A stretch of 63,500 nt of DNA, filler included. It is 3 parts of 3 records of this genome, joined end to end, with 100 filler letters (N's around TTAATTAATTAA, not from the genome) between each part and the next. Parts side by side here need not be neighbours in the genome. Positions count along the whole stretch, not along the records: positions 1 to 31,273 come from SRR31156797_1359; positions 31,374 to 56,823 come from SRR31156797_1375; 1 more part is not named here. One strand, 5' to 3'. Position 1 is the stretch's first letter. Each line of letters starts with the position of its first letter. The notes under the pieces are model-generated. The model was not told where the DNA came from. It saw only the letters and a list, made by a program, of their open reading frames with translations, and made no database searches. The translations under genes were made by a program, and so were the position numbers. This document shows positions 27,915 through 38,700 of the stretch, in pieces.

Positions 27915-30611
27915 ATGTCTATTAATAAATGTTTGCAAAGAAATGCTTGTAAGGTTAGCTTAAGTAAAAAAGTAATTGCAAGAATCTTCTTTTTATTTAT
28001 TGTTTTATTCTTTTCTGCACAAAGTGGATACAGTCAGGTTTTATCAGGAGTGGTAAGTTCGGCTGATGGAGAATCAATTCCTTTTGCATCTATTTACATG
28101 AAGGAGTTAACCACCGGAACAACAACTAATCTGGAAGGAGAATATAGCTTGGAGTTACCTCCGGGCATGCATCATATATCATTTCAGGCGTTGGGATATG
28201 CCAAAGTTGAGCTGGAAATTGATTTGAATGGTAAAGATCTGCTAAAAAATGTAGTGTTGAGACCACAGGATTACCAGATTAAAGAAGTTAGGGTTTATTC
28301 CGGAAACGAAGATCCTGCCTATGGTATCATGCGAAAAGCTATTAGTCTGGCACCTTATTTTTTACGTCAGATTAAGCATTATCAGGCTGATGTGTATTTA
28401 AAAGGGGGCTTTGATATGAATAAAGTGCCTCGTTTGTTTCGAAAGCAGCTGAAAGAAGAAGGTATTGAGCAGGGAAAAAGTTATGTTACTGAATCGATTA
28501 ACGAAATTACTTTTAATGCGCCCAATCGCTATGTGCATAAGCAAATTTCCAAACGTTCTACTATCCCTAACGACAGTGAAAACGAGGTGATGGGTTTTAT
28601 CAACTATAGTTTTTACGATTCGGATAGTGAGTTGGCCATTTCTCCATTATCGCGCAAAGCCTTTTCATTTTATAGGTTCAGATACGAGGGGTTTTTCCAG
28701 ATGGGAGAGTATTATGTGAATAAAATAAAAGTAGATCCTAAACGAAAAAATCAAAAACTATTTACCGGGTATATTTTTATTGTGGATAATTACTGGAATC
28801 TGCATTCGGTGGATTTGGTCAATGAACAGTTTTTTGGAAAAGTAAGAATTAAACAGGTTCAGGAGCCAGTTAAAGGTAAGGCCTGGTTGCCTGTTACGCA
28901 CAACTTTGAGATAGATGCCAAGATGATGGGCTTTAAAGCCACTGCCAATTATGGGGGATCGGTAAAGTATAAAGTGGTGGAGCTGGATACAGAACTTCCG
29001 GTGCCGGCATCTTTAATTAAAGCTTACGCCGATAAGGAAACAAAACAGGAGATTGAAGAAGAAGCCCAACCAGAGGTAGTAACCAAAGATCAGAAGAAAA
29101 TACAGCAGCTATTGGCTAAGGAAGATTTGAATAATCGCGAAATGATGAAGCTCACTCGCTTGATGGAAAAAGAAAATCAAGGCTTGGATCAGGTGCAAAA
29201 AAGTCTGCAGTTGGCTAGTCCGGATAGCTTGTACAAAGTGGTGAAAGATACGGTTCAAAGAGATACGATCGACTGGAATAAATTCCGACCTATTCCTTTA
29301 AGTAAAAAGGAAATTGAAAGCTTTGGTATAAAGGATTCTTTAACCCTGGCTATGGCCGGATTAACTAAGGATTCAATTGATTACAGCGAAAGCGATAAAA
29401 AGTCATCACGCGTAGGAAAACATATAGGTAATGTGTTGGGCGGGTACAAATATTATTCTCAGGATTCCTCTTTCAGGATAAAGTATTTTGGTATTCTAAA
29501 TGGAAATTCACTGGGTTTTAATACCGTGGATGCTTTTCATATTAATCAAAAAGCAAATATTAAGAAGTTATTGGAGAATGCTCGTTTGGATTTCTACCCG
29601 GAGCTTCGCTATGCTTTTGGTCGTAACGATTTTATGTGGAAAACAACCGGTAAAGTAACCACTAGTTATATTACGCACACTTACTTTTATGTCGGGGGCG
29701 GGCAATGGACTACCGATTTTAACAGTGTAAGTGGAATAGCACCTTTTGTAAATACAGCTTCCACTTTGTTGTTGAAAGATAACTATATGAAACTTTACAA
29801 AAGTCATTATTGGCAAGCAGGAGGAGGTACCGATTTAGCTACCGGTTTGTTTTTTAAATACGATGTTCAATTTCAACGAGCAGAACGACTCGAAAACTCT
29901 ACTGACGCGGCCTTTGGTTATTACAACAAAGCATACCGGCAAAATAATGTATTAAAAAACCATACTGATCCGGCCATTTTTAACGATAGAAAAAGCTTTG
30001 TAATAGATGCGAATTTAAGCTATACGCCTCAATACTTTTACCAAATAAGGGGAGATAACAAGCATTATATGTACTCGGATTATCCAACCTTTAATTTGCG
30101 ATACAAAAAAGGCTTAGCCAATGTTTTAGAGTCTAAGTCTGAATATGATTTATTGGAGTTTAGTGTTAAACAAGAATTAGAGTGGAACTACATGTACGGA
30201 TTAAGTTACCAGTTACGTGCAGGTAAGTTTATGGGTGCTCAAAACATACATTTTTCAGAATTTACGCATTTTAATACTACAGAGGTACCTATTTCGTTTA
30301 AGGATTGGTCCAACACTTTTAATCTGTTGCAGGATTATGAATACAGCACCAATAAATGGTATATAGAGGGCCATGTGCATTATGCTACGCCTTACTTAAT
30401 CATTAAAAACTTACCTTTTTTACAAGATAAATTTTGGGACGAAAATGTGTATTTAAGTCATTTAACTACGCCCGATTTTAGAAATTATAACGAGATAGGT
30501 TACGGAATCACAAAAATATGGCTGCTAGCAAACATTGGCGTATTCGCAGGTTTTGAGGACATGGAATTTGAGCGCTGGGGCTTCCGCTTAAGCTTTAATT
30601 TTGATGATTAG
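27915..30611 (+). CDS. DUF5686 plus carboxypeptidase regulatory-like domain outer-membrane protein (start uncertain)
   Basis: GESIPFASI...GTTTN.EG.Y, EDPAY.IMRKAI, ISPLS..AF.FYRF and a beta-barrel-like C-terminus. Confidence 0.82.
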   Translation: MSINKCLQRNACKVSLSKKVIARIFFLFIVLFFSAQSGYSQVLSGVVSSADGESIPFASIYMKELTTGTTTNLEGEYSLELPPGMHHISFQALGYAKVELEIDLNGKDLLKNVVLRPQDYQIKEVRVYSGNEDPAYGIMRKAISLAPYFLRQIKHYQADVYLKGGFDMNKVPRLFRKQLKEEGIEQGKSYVTESINEITFNAPNRYVHKQISKRSTIPNDSENEVMGFINYSFYDSDSELAISPLSRKAFSFYRFRYEGFFQMGEYYVNKIKVDPKRKNQKLFTGYIFIVDNYWNLHSVDLVNEQFFGKVRIKQVQEPVKGKAWLPVTHNFEIDAKMMGFKATANYGGSVKYKVVELDTELPVPASLIKAYADKETKQEIEEEAQPEVVTKDQKKIQQLLAKEDLNNREMMKLTRLMEKENQGLDQVQKSLQLASPDSLYKVVKDTVQRDTIDWNKFRPIPLSKKEIESFGIKDSLTLAMAGLTKDSIDYSESDKKSSRVGKHIGNVLGGYKYYSQDSSFRIKYFGILNGNSLGFNTVDAFHINQKANIKKLLENARLDFYPELRYAFGRNDFMWKTTGKVTTSYITHTYFYVGGGQWTTDFNSVSGIAPFVNTASTLLLKDNYMKLYKSHYWQAGGGTDLATGLFFKYDVQFQRAERLENSTDAAFGYYNKAYRQNNVLKNHTDPAIFNDRKSFVIDANLSYTPQYFYQIRGDNKHYMYSDYPTFNLRYKKGLANVLESKSEYDLLEFSVKQELEWNYMYGLSYQLRAGKFMGAQNIHFSEFTHFNTTEVPISFKDWSNTFNLLQDYEYSTNKWYIEGHVHYATPYLIIKNLPFLQDKFWDENVYLSHLTTPDFRNYNEIGYGITKIWLLANIGVFAGFEDMEFERWGFRLSFNFDD

Positions 30612-30639
30612 CCTACCATTTTCTATATAAAATACTTTT

Positions 30640-30676
30640 AAAGAAGTGACTTACATGCCATAAGTCACTTCTTTTT
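30640..30676 (+). terminator. Rho-independent terminator
   Basis: AAAGAAGTGACTTA-CATGCCA-TAAGTCACTTCTTTTT. Confidence 0.8.
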
Positions 30677-31060
30677 GTTTTTATCATCCAACTGGCCGAC
30701 TAAAATAACCGTCAAACTATTTTTGAGTTCTTTTTAGCTTATCAGATTACCTCAAAAAATAATTAAAACACCAAGCTTGCAAACCAGAACTCATCTAAAA
30801 ATGAAAAGAAGGGTATAATGGTCTACTATTTATATCAAAAAAAAGGTTTGAAGGGCGAGATGGTTTACTCTGGGAGCCGTTAAAATTTTTATCTCCACAA
30901 TTCATCTCTTTATCAACAATATTAAAAAGCTCAAGTCGATATTAAGGCATTGAATCAATTACCATTCGTGAATTACGGTTGAATATTTAACTTTGTCAAT
31001 CGAAATTTCCAATATTCTAAACATTTTGTCTTTGACATCTTAACAATTAAAACAAATTAT

Positions 31061-31273
31061 ATGAGAGTTTTTTACTTCATTCTTGTGTCATTGCTTCTAT
31101 TTAGTAGCAATGATATTTTTGCTCAGGATACAACAGCAGTTTATGGTTGTACCGATACATTAGCAATTAATTACAACTATTTAGCTACCGTTGATAACGG
31201 AACATGTGAGTATGTTTCAGATACAACAACAATATTTTATGGTTGTATGGATTCAACAGCGATCAATTACGAT
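31061..31273 (+). CDS. Secreted protein with YGCxD..A.NY repeats, partial (contig end)
   Basis: Signal peptide, then DTTAVYGCTDTLAINY..ATVDNGTCEY and DTTTIFYGCMDSTAINYD. Runs into the gap. Confidence 0.7.
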
Positions 31274-31373
31274 NNNNNNNNNNNNNNNNNNNNNNNNNNN
31301 NNNNNNNNNNNNNNNNNTTAATTAATTAANNNNNNNNNNNNNNNNNNNNNNNNNNNNNNNNNNNNNNNNNNNN
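31274..31373. other. Artificial contig spacer
   Basis: N runs flank TTAATTAATTAA, which has stops in all frames. Base composition shifts across it. Confidence 0.97.
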
Positions 31374-31471
31374 AGTGAAAAATTCATGAATTTTTCAGGT
31401 TAAGAATGTCCCTATAAGATTTAAAACTGTTTTGATCAAACAACCAGAAAGCCAATGATAAACCGGTTCAC

Positions 31472-33484
31472 ATGAAACAAATTTCCTTTCTTCCCCTCTT
31501 TTTATTGCTTTTGTCAAGCAATTCCTTCGTAAAAGGCCAGGATTGCAGTTTCCATATTCAAAGCCTACACGACACCATCATTGAGCTTGACCAATGTTGG
31601 AAATACCACCCTGGTGATGACAGTACCTGGGCTGCCTTTGATTATCCTGATCAAAATTGGGATACGATATCTCCCAGGTTAAATATGAAGCAGTTTGAGG
31701 AGCATCAATTTCCGGGAATCGCCTGGTTCAGGTTGCATTTTACCATCGATTCATCAATAATGAACAAGTCTTTCCTCCTGATGATGCGACACAACGGCGC
31801 TTCGGAGGTATATCACAATGGTGAAATCATTAAAAAAAATGGCATTATCAGGGAAGGTGAAGATAACGACCAGAATACGGATCCTGTTCATCTGCCCATA
31901 TCATTGCATTTTGACGAAAGTGCCAATCAAGTTATTGCCGTTAGATATGCTAACGATAAAGCTTCGAAGTTTTTTAATCATTACGGTACTGAAGTTGCAG
32001 GTTTTAGCATGAGCATGATGGATGATGCTCCAATGCGACAGACTTTGGTTGGTACTTCTTTGGGCCTGAGCATTATTATTATCCTAACATCGATATTTTT
32101 TGTGCTTGGCGGACTTCACCTGCTCCTTTTTCTATTTTTCAGGGAAAACTTATCAAATCTTTATTACAGTGTTTTTTCGATGCTTTTTGCACTGGTTATC
32201 CTTTCCTCCTATTTTCAGCTTTCATCTTTATACAACCCCTCATTTGTTTTGGGATATGGATTCTATATGAGCCTGATGATCCCGGTCGTATTTTTCTCAC
32301 TCGAAATGCTGGTTTACAATATTTTACTCAAAAGAATTCCAAAATTTTCCTGGATTTCAGGAGGTTCTACCATTATTCTGATCGTGTTGATGTATCAAAA
32401 CTTCGATTGGGCAGATACAGCTTTGGGCATATTTTTACTCCTGATTTTTATCGACATTGTCAGGGTAGTCATCCGGTCCATGATTAAAAAAGTCAGTGGA
32501 GCATGGATTGTTGGTACAGGCATCATCTTTTTTATCCTGTTCATAACCTTCATAATCATCATAGCCATGTGGCAGGGATCTTATGCCATACAGGGTGGCG
32601 GTCCGATTACTCTAATCCTGTCGCTGATGTTTATCCTGGCTATCGTAAGCATTCCGCTTTCCATGTCGCTATATCTGGCAAGGGATTTTGCCAAAACCAA
32701 TAAAAACCTAGAAGTCCAGCTTGAGAATGTGAAGGTACTTTCTGCTAAAACCATCGAACAGGAAAAAGAAAAGCAGCGTATTTTGGAAGGTCAGAAAGAA
32801 AAACTGGAAAAAATGGTTGATGAACGAACCAAAGAACTGGCCGATGAAAAAGAAAAAACTGAACAGCTGTTGCTCAATACGCTGCCGTTGAAAGTTGTAA
32901 ATGATTTGAAAACAAACGGTAAAACCGAGCCTGAAAGCTTCGAGGATGTAACGGTATATTTTTCTGATATCGTTGGATTTACCAAAATCTCATCACAGCT
33001 CGAGCCTGCAGAACTAATCCATGAGCTAAACGAAATCTTTACAGCCTTTGACGATATCATGGAACGCAACAACTGCGAACGTATCAAAACCATTGGCGAT
33101 GCTTACCTTGCCGTTTGCGGCATGCCCGAACGCAACCCCGACCATGCCTTCCACATGTCGAAGGCAGCATTGGAAATCCGGGAATATCTCAAATCGCGAA
33201 ATACAGATTCGGAAATCGAATGGAACATCCGGATCGGGCTACACAGCGGGAAAGTTGTGGGTGGTGTTGTTGGGGTTAAAAAATATATTTATGATGTTTT
33301 TGGAGACACCATCAATACCTCATCCAGAATGGAAAGCAACTCAAAATCCATGCACATCAATATCTCAGAAGTAACGCATTCTCTCCTGAAAGGCAAATTC
33401 AGGTTCACCGAACGTGAGCCCATGGAAATAAAAGGTAAAGGTATGATGAAGATGTATTTTCTGGATGAATCCGCAGAAAAATAG
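31472..33484 (+). CDS. Membrane class III adenylate cyclase with a 7TM-DISM-type sensor
   Basis: Periplasmic W.Y.PGDD/GIAWFRL domain, about 7 TM, coiled coil, then FSDIVGFT, IKTIGDAY and YDVFGDTINTSSRME. The K/D specificity residues indicate ATP. Confidence 0.9.
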   Translation: MKQISFLPLFLLLLSSNSFVKGQDCSFHIQSLHDTIIELDQCWKYHPGDDSTWAAFDYPDQNWDTISPRLNMKQFEEHQFPGIAWFRLHFTIDSSIMNKSFLLMMRHNGASEVYHNGEIIKKNGIIREGEDNDQNTDPVHLPISLHFDESANQVIAVRYANDKASKFFNHYGTEVAGFSMSMMDDAPMRQTLVGTSLGLSIIIILTSIFFVLGGLHLLLFLFFRENLSNLYYSVFSMLFALVILSSYFQLSSLYNPSFVLGYGFYMSLMIPVVFFSLEMLVYNILLKRIPKFSWISGGSTIILIVLMYQNFDWADTALGIFLLLIFIDIVRVVIRSMIKKVSGAWIVGTGIIFFILFITFIIIIAMWQGSYAIQGGGPITLILSLMFILAIVSIPLSMSLYLARDFAKTNKNLEVQLENVKVLSAKTIEQEKEKQRILEGQKEKLEKMVDERTKELADEKEKTEQLLLNTLPLKVVNDLKTNGKTEPESFEDVTVYFSDIVGFTKISSQLEPAELIHELNEIFTAFDDIMERNNCERIKTIGDAYLAVCGMPERNPDHAFHMSKAALEIREYLKSRNTDSEIEWNIRIGLHSGKVVGGVVGVKKYIYDVFGDTINTSSRMESNSKSMHINISEVTHSLLKGKFRFTEREPMEIKGKGMMKMYFLDESAEK

Positions 33485-33530
33485 CCAAATTAAAAACCCA
33501 AATAACCAAAAACTCAATAACAATTTACCA

Positions 33531-34268
33531 TCACCTTCTCTGCCTGATCGCCTCATAAATCATCACAGCTGAAGCCACCGAAACATTTAGTGATGCCGTT
33601 TGACCATACAGAGGAATTTGTACCAGGTGATCACACTTGCGCAAAAATGCCGGTGAAACACCATCCTCCTCCGATCCCATGATAATAGCCGTTGGCAGTT
33701 TGTAATCCACATCATAAATCATGGTTTCGGTTTTTTCGGTTGCTGCAACCATCTGTAAACCTGCATTTTTTAAATAATCGATTGAACGGGCCAGGTTTTT
33801 ACTCCGGCACACCGGAATGTTATTGAGTGCACCGGCAGATGTTTTCATGGCATCGGCATTTACCTGCGCTGAGTTTTGCATGGGAAAAAGGATGGCATGC
33901 ACTCCGGCACATTCGGCCGTACGGGCGATAGCACCAAAATTCCTGACATCGGTAATCCTATCCAAAATAAGAACTAGTGGTATTTCGCCTTTTTCAAAGA
34001 TCATTTGCACAACCTCCTCAACGGGCTGAAAAGAAATGGATGAAACAAATCCAACAATACCCTGGTGATTTTTACGCGTAAGACGGTTGAGTTTTTCGAT
34101 GGGAACATGCTGATAGGGAATTTCAAACTCTTTTAGCAAACTATAAAGCTCTGCCATTTGTTCGCCTCTCTGGCCTTTCTGAATAAAAAGCTTATCGAAT
34201 TCTTTCCCTGACCTGATACTCTCGATCACAGGGTGGATACCGTAAATTAAATTATCTGACTGTTTCAA
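33531..34268 (-). CDS. rlmB: 23S rRNA (Gm2251) 2'-O-methyltransferase
   Basis: IYGIHPV.E, NHQG, LDRITDVRNFGAIARTA, GSEEDG and SLNVSVA. Confidence 0.9.
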   Translation of the reverse strand: MKQSDNLIYGIHPVIESIRSGKEFDKLFIQKGQRGEQMAELYSLLKEFEIPYQHVPIEKLNRLTRKNHQGIVGFVSSISFQPVEEVVQMIFEKGEIPLVLILDRITDVRNFGAIARTAECAGVHAILFPMQNSAQVNADAMKTSAGALNNIPVCRSKNLARSIDYLKNAGLQMVAATEKTETMIYDVDYKLPTAIIMGSEEDGVSPAFLRKCDHLVQIPLYGQTASLNVSVASAVMIYEAIRQRR

Positions 34269-34331
34269 CGTAAATAAGTTTTTGCGAAGGTAATGAAAAC
34301 AAAAAACCCCGCCGGATGGCAGGGCCTGTAT

Positions 34332-34730
34332 TTATGATTCAGATTGTGTTTTAACATCAATTTGCGGCGGCGTTTTGAGGTGTTCCTTCACAGCGCAAAG
34401 GTTAGCTGCATTGATTACCGCCGGTTTATATTTTTCCGGAAAATCCTTGGGGAGATGTATTTTAAGTTCGATATTATCGATTAACCGGGTTTTATAATTG
34501 TAATTCATTTTTTGGGTAAGGTATATTTCATCTGTAGGGATATTTCGCTGTTCGCAAAACGATTTTACATAGATACCGGCACAAGTTCCTATTGAGGCCA
34601 GGAACAATGTAAAAGGGGCCGGTGCACTGCCATCACCACCGGCCTGCAAAGGCTGATCCGTTGCAATAAACTGGCCGTTAAATTCTGCATTTACTTTTTT
34701 CTTTCCTTCAAGGCTGATTTTCATCTCCAT
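34332..34730 (-). CDS. OsmC family protein
   Basis: TDQP..AGGDGSAPAPF.LFLASIGTCAG ... CAVK.HL. Start placed at MEMKIS. Confidence 0.88.
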   Translation of the reverse strand: MEMKISLEGKKKVNAEFNGQFIATDQPLQAGGDGSAPAPFTLFLASIGTCAGIYVKSFCEQRNIPTDEIYLTQKMNYNYKTRLIDNIELKIHLPKDFPEKYKPAVINAANLCAVKEHLKTPPQIDVKTQSES

Positions 34731-34845
34731 ATCAAGCGATCTTTTAAATTCGGGTGCAAAGATACAGGGACAATTACCGGCGAAAACCCTTGTTAGGTAA
34801 TGTAACCGGAAATGTAAGCTAATGAAAGCGTGATGGATTGAAGGT

Positions 34846-36618
34846 TTAATGCCCAAAAAGCATATCCTGCTCCCTTTGAGATGCCGGCTTAACCCACTCC
34901 TTTGGCTCAAGGTTCCAATTGTTATTTACAGTTGGATTGACGGTTCCTTGCCCCCTGATCCATTCCATCAGGTAAAAGCGGAAATCCTTTTCGGTGCTGG
35001 TAATAATCCGGTCGGCGAGCAGTTCCTGCCTGATTTTTGCGCCAGCCGTAAGGTGGCCGCCACCCCCATTGCCACGGTATGAATTGATGGCAACGCTGTA
35101 TGTTTTGTTCAGGTCAAAGGGTGTTCCATCAGTCATTGATGCAATCGTAACCCGCTCTCCAACCGGCTTTCTGAGATCTACGGTATAATTGATCCCTTCG
35201 GCGTTATCGAAGTTGTAATAGGCATTCCGGAGCCTGACTTTTCCATTTTTTTCGATGGGTTTACCATCTTCATCCAGTTTATAATTCAACAGATAATCAG
35301 ATGAACTTTCCATTTGATTGAACCACAATCCATACGAATATTCCAAAAAATCCTTGATCTCCTGTCCCCCCAGTTTCATGGTGTACATGAAATTTTCGTA
35401 TCTGTAAATTTTAAACAGATCACCCACATAAACAGGCCCTTCAGTTATGGTTTTATTGAAGGAGAGTGGCGCAGTAAATGAAATCTCAGCACCCGTTAAA
35501 TCCATTTGAGCCTGGTGGATCATATCCGTGAAAGCGGCATCGCCAAAAAATGCATCGGTGGTGGAGATGGATTTGCCCATGTTGCCCAATAGTTCGGAAA
35601 CATATTTTTTAACCGCCTCCATCTGTGGATTAAATTTTTCCATAAAGCTGCTATCCGGCTCATAGTCTTCCATCTTCACAAGCTTTCCTGTAAGTTCTTT
35701 TTTATAGTGGTTGGTGGTTTTACTCAAGGTTAAATTGATTTCTGCCACTGCTACATCGTGGGCTTTGCTTGATGGCCCCATCACCAAAACTTCGTTGCCG
35801 GCCCAGTTGGTGAGTTTTTCGTTCCAGCCGTGATGGTCGTGACCAACAAGCACCAGGTCGAAACCGGGCACCTGTTCAGCCACCAGCTTTGACGCATTTT
35901 CGTTTTTGTATGTTTCGGCAGTTTGGTTGTTATATGTATAATCATACCCGGCATGAAAAAGTCCGATCATAACATCGGGTTTTTCTTTCTGGCGTATCTC
36001 CCCAACCCAGTATTTGGCTGATTCGATCATATCCTCAAATTCCATCCCTTCCCAAATCTGTTCAGGCAGCCATTGTGGAATGGCCGGAGTCAAAAGGCCG
36101 AGTATGGCTATTTTCACGCCTTTTCTTTCCAGAATCGTATATGGTTTAAAATATGGTTTGCCGGTTTCAACATCTTTTGTATTTGCGGCCAGCCAGGGAA
36201 AATCAAACTCAGTTCTGATCTTGTCATACACCGGATGGCCCGGCTCCACATCATGATTCCCGACTGTTGCAGCGTCATAACCCATCAGATTTAACACACC
36301 CGCCACGAGATGTTCCAACTCTGGTTTTATAAAATTGTAATAATAAACGCTGGGATCCCCCTGAAGGATATCACCGTTATCGAGCAGAATTACAACCTGG
36401 CCTTCCGTTGCGCGCTCCTGTTGAACATAAGTATAAACCTGGGCCATGGAATGATTTTGGGGTTTGCCTTCAACAAAATCGTAAGGGAAAATAGCACCAT
36501 GTACATCACTGGTTTCGATGACTTTAATTTTCAGCCGCTCAGGCCGTTCAACCTGGTTGCAGGCGGCCATAAAAATTATTGATAATATGATGATGGGAAA
36601 TAAACGTTTAAAATGCAT
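34846..36618 (-). CDS. Bifunctional 2',3'-cyclic-nucleotide phosphodiesterase / 5'-nucleotidase (CpdB-like), lipoprotein
   Basis: ETSDVHG, DNGDILQG, GNHD, GHDH, YENF, YNFD and NSYRGNGGG. Confidence 0.9.
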   Translation of the reverse strand: MHFKRLFPIIILSIIFMAACNQVERPERLKIKVIETSDVHGAIFPYDFVEGKPQNHSMAQVYTYVQQERATEGQVVILLDNGDILQGDPSVYYYNFIKPELEHLVAGVLNLMGYDAATVGNHDVEPGHPVYDKIRTEFDFPWLAANTKDVETGKPYFKPYTILERKGVKIAILGLLTPAIPQWLPEQIWEGMEFEDMIESAKYWVGEIRQKEKPDVMIGLFHAGYDYTYNNQTAETYKNENASKLVAEQVPGFDLVLVGHDHHGWNEKLTNWAGNEVLVMGPSSKAHDVAVAEINLTLSKTTNHYKKELTGKLVKMEDYEPDSSFMEKFNPQMEAVKKYVSELLGNMGKSISTTDAFFGDAAFTDMIHQAQMDLTGAEISFTAPLSFNKTITEGPVYVGDLFKIYRYENFMYTMKLGGQEIKDFLEYSYGLWFNQMESSSDYLLNYKLDEDGKPIEKNGKVRLRNAYYNFDNAEGINYTVDLRKPVGERVTIASMTDGTPFDLNKTYSVAINSYRGNGGGGHLTAGAKIRQELLADRIITSTEKDFRFYLMEWIRGQGTVNPTVNNNWNLEPKEWVKPASQREQDMLFGH

Positions 36619-36689
36619 TTGTTTTCGGTTTGGATGACGTGATAACAACAATGAAATCGGGATTGGGTTTAACCTAAGTATTGACAGAC

Positions 36690-37706
36690 TTAATAATAAT
36701 GGGTTTCAACAACCGGCTGCCAGAACTTGCGGTAATCAGGATTTGTTGCACCGGGACAAAAATCCTGAAAAACACAACGGTTGTGATGCCGAACCTCAAC
36801 AATTTCAGTAAAAGTGCAGGGATCCTTTTCGCAAACATGGTCAGCGCACAAGGTGGTTTCGTTGCAGCAACTGCGCCCCAGCGACCAGAAGAAATCATTC
36901 ATTTTTGTTACCGGATGGCCTGATTCGCCGGCAATAATCTTAAAGGCCTCAATACACAGGCTACGAATGGGCTCATCACTTGCCAGGTTTTCCTTGTTGA
37001 GGATTTTTTCCCGGTAAAATATATCCCTGATCTCTACACACCCTAACCTGAGTAAAACGCGTTGCATGTGATAATCCATGATGGGTATAAAATTTTCCGG
37101 ATCCTGAATCTTCACCAGGTTTTCCTCTTCAAGAAATTTGATGAGCAATGTTGATTTTTTTTGCTGTGGATCTTCAAATGCCTCAAATTCGGGCAGCAAC
37201 TTATACAAACCTGTCTGTCCGGAAACTCTCCCATCTGAAATTTTGAACAGGTTACCTATCTGGCCATAATATTTTTCAATTAAAAGTTTAGCGGCATCCT
37301 TCATCAGGCGGGCACGTTCATTCAGCCTGTCGAGTGAACATACCATGGGGTTTTGTGAATGTGCGAATGCCATTTTTAAAGCCTGTTCGATTCCGGCCAA
37401 ATCGGCTTCATCTAAATATTCAGGCTTTAATAACCGGTGATCCTTACTGGCAAGTTTTATGAAAACATGTTCAATAAAATCCCAACCGTATAATTTCAAT
37501 CCGGGATGAAACAAATGATGAGTTTGATGACAGATGGCCGTAGCAAAAAAATGCATCCGGAATCGTGTTTCTTCAGAAACATCCAGGTTCAGGTATGGCC
37601 GATTATAAAAGTTCCTGCTGAGTTTGAGTGGACTGATGGATTCAGCAACCTGCCTGCAACGTTCTTTATTTAATTCAGCCACATGTTGATTCAAAATATG
37701 ATTCAT
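36690..37706 (-). CDS. Queuosine-salvage (Qng1/DUF2419)-like or HhH-fold N-glycosylase with a C-terminal Cys-rich Fe-S motif
   Basis: AICHQT, ER..L, F.DP..KKS.LL, IMDYHMQRVLLRLG and DFFWSLGRSCC...C...CVFQDFC. Confidence 0.55.
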   Translation of the reverse strand: MNHILNQHVAELNKERCRQVAESISPLKLSRNFYNRPYLNLDVSEETRFRMHFFATAICHQTHHLFHPGLKLYGWDFIEHVFIKLASKDHRLLKPEYLDEADLAGIEQALKMAFAHSQNPMVCSLDRLNERARLMKDAAKLLIEKYYGQIGNLFKISDGRVSGQTGLYKLLPEFEAFEDPQQKKSTLLIKFLEEENLVKIQDPENFIPIMDYHMQRVLLRLGCVEIRDIFYREKILNKENLASDEPIRSLCIEAFKIIAGESGHPVTKMNDFFWSLGRSCCNETTLCADHVCEKDPCTFTEIVEVRHHNRCVFQDFCPGATNPDYRKFWQPVVETHYY

Positions 37707-37723
37707 GGATTTTCCAAAAATGA

Positions 37724-38497
37724 TCAGATCAGGCGTTTAATAAGCCTGAGGTTATGTGTGTATTTTTTTTGCTGCCGGCTGAAAATGCCATGATGATCCA
37801 GTTCGTCTATTCTTACAAATCCCGAGGCATGGATGATCTTCCCATCTTCGATGAGAATGCCTACATGGATGATCTCACCTTCTTCGTTATCAAAAAATGC
37901 AAGGTCGCCGGGTTGTGCCTCCGAAATCATATTGATGGTTTCACCCTGGCCGGCCTGGTAGGATGAATCCCGGTGCAAGGCCATGCCGTTCATCAGAAAT
38001 ACATTTTGCACCAGGCCTGAACAATCGATCCCGGTGATGGAACGCCCACCCCACAGGTATGGTGCACCCAGAAAAACTTTTGCAGCATCAGCAATGGCCG
38101 AAGGTGTAGCAATAATTGCTGAATCAGCTTCATTAGGGTTATCGCTAATTTTACTTACATCGATTTTTCCATGTTCAAAGCCACCCATCAGACTTCCGGG
38201 CATGACCATCATTTTAATGCCGCTGCTATCGGGAATCCAATCCAGTTTATTTGTCCTATTTGCAGCCGGCCTTTTCAAGAGCATCGCATACTCATCATCG
38301 GAAACCGTCAGAAATTGCTTTTCGTCAATAAATCCTTCGTATTTATCGTGGAAACTCCTGATCAGTTTCCAGCCTTTGAACGCGTCGATAATCTCAAAAA
38401 TCTCACCAAAAAGTAGCTGATTCACCATCTCGCTGCGATCTGATGCCTCAGCCCTGACGGGTACACAGGTAAGATTACAAAAACCAAATTTTTGCAT
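37724..38497 (-). CDS. SH3 plus NlpC/P60 (C40) peptidase, YkfC-like
   Basis: VPVRAE.SDRSEMV.QLLFGE, PYLWGGRS..GIDCSGL, HVGI and IIHASG. Confidence 0.92.
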   Translation of the reverse strand: MQKFGFCNLTCVPVRAEASDRSEMVNQLLFGEIFEIIDAFKGWKLIRSFHDKYEGFIDEKQFLTVSDDEYAMLLKRPAANRTNKLDWIPDSSGIKMMVMPGSLMGGFEHGKIDVSKISDNPNEADSAIIATPSAIADAAKVFLGAPYLWGGRSITGIDCSGLVQNVFLMNGMALHRDSSYQAGQGETINMISEAQPGDLAFFDNEEGEIIHVGILIEDGKIIHASGFVRIDELDHHGIFSRQQKKYTHNLRLIKRLI

Positions 38498-38700
38498 GAC
38501 TATAATTTTTGACAATAGTAACAAATTCAGGATAATGAGCAGGTATATGTTTATATTTTTCGTTTGAATACAAACTGTCAGGCAATTACCTTTTGCAATA
38601 GTATAAACCGTAAGCCCAGGCCGATTTGGTTTTGAATAAGTAAAACTGTCTGACGGCTACATTTCCAAAATATGTTTAATTTCGCCGTAAATTGTTTGTT

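Noticed and set aside
31318-31329. TTAATTAATTAA palindrome, also at 56868-56879
   Set aside because: Synthetic linker, not biological.
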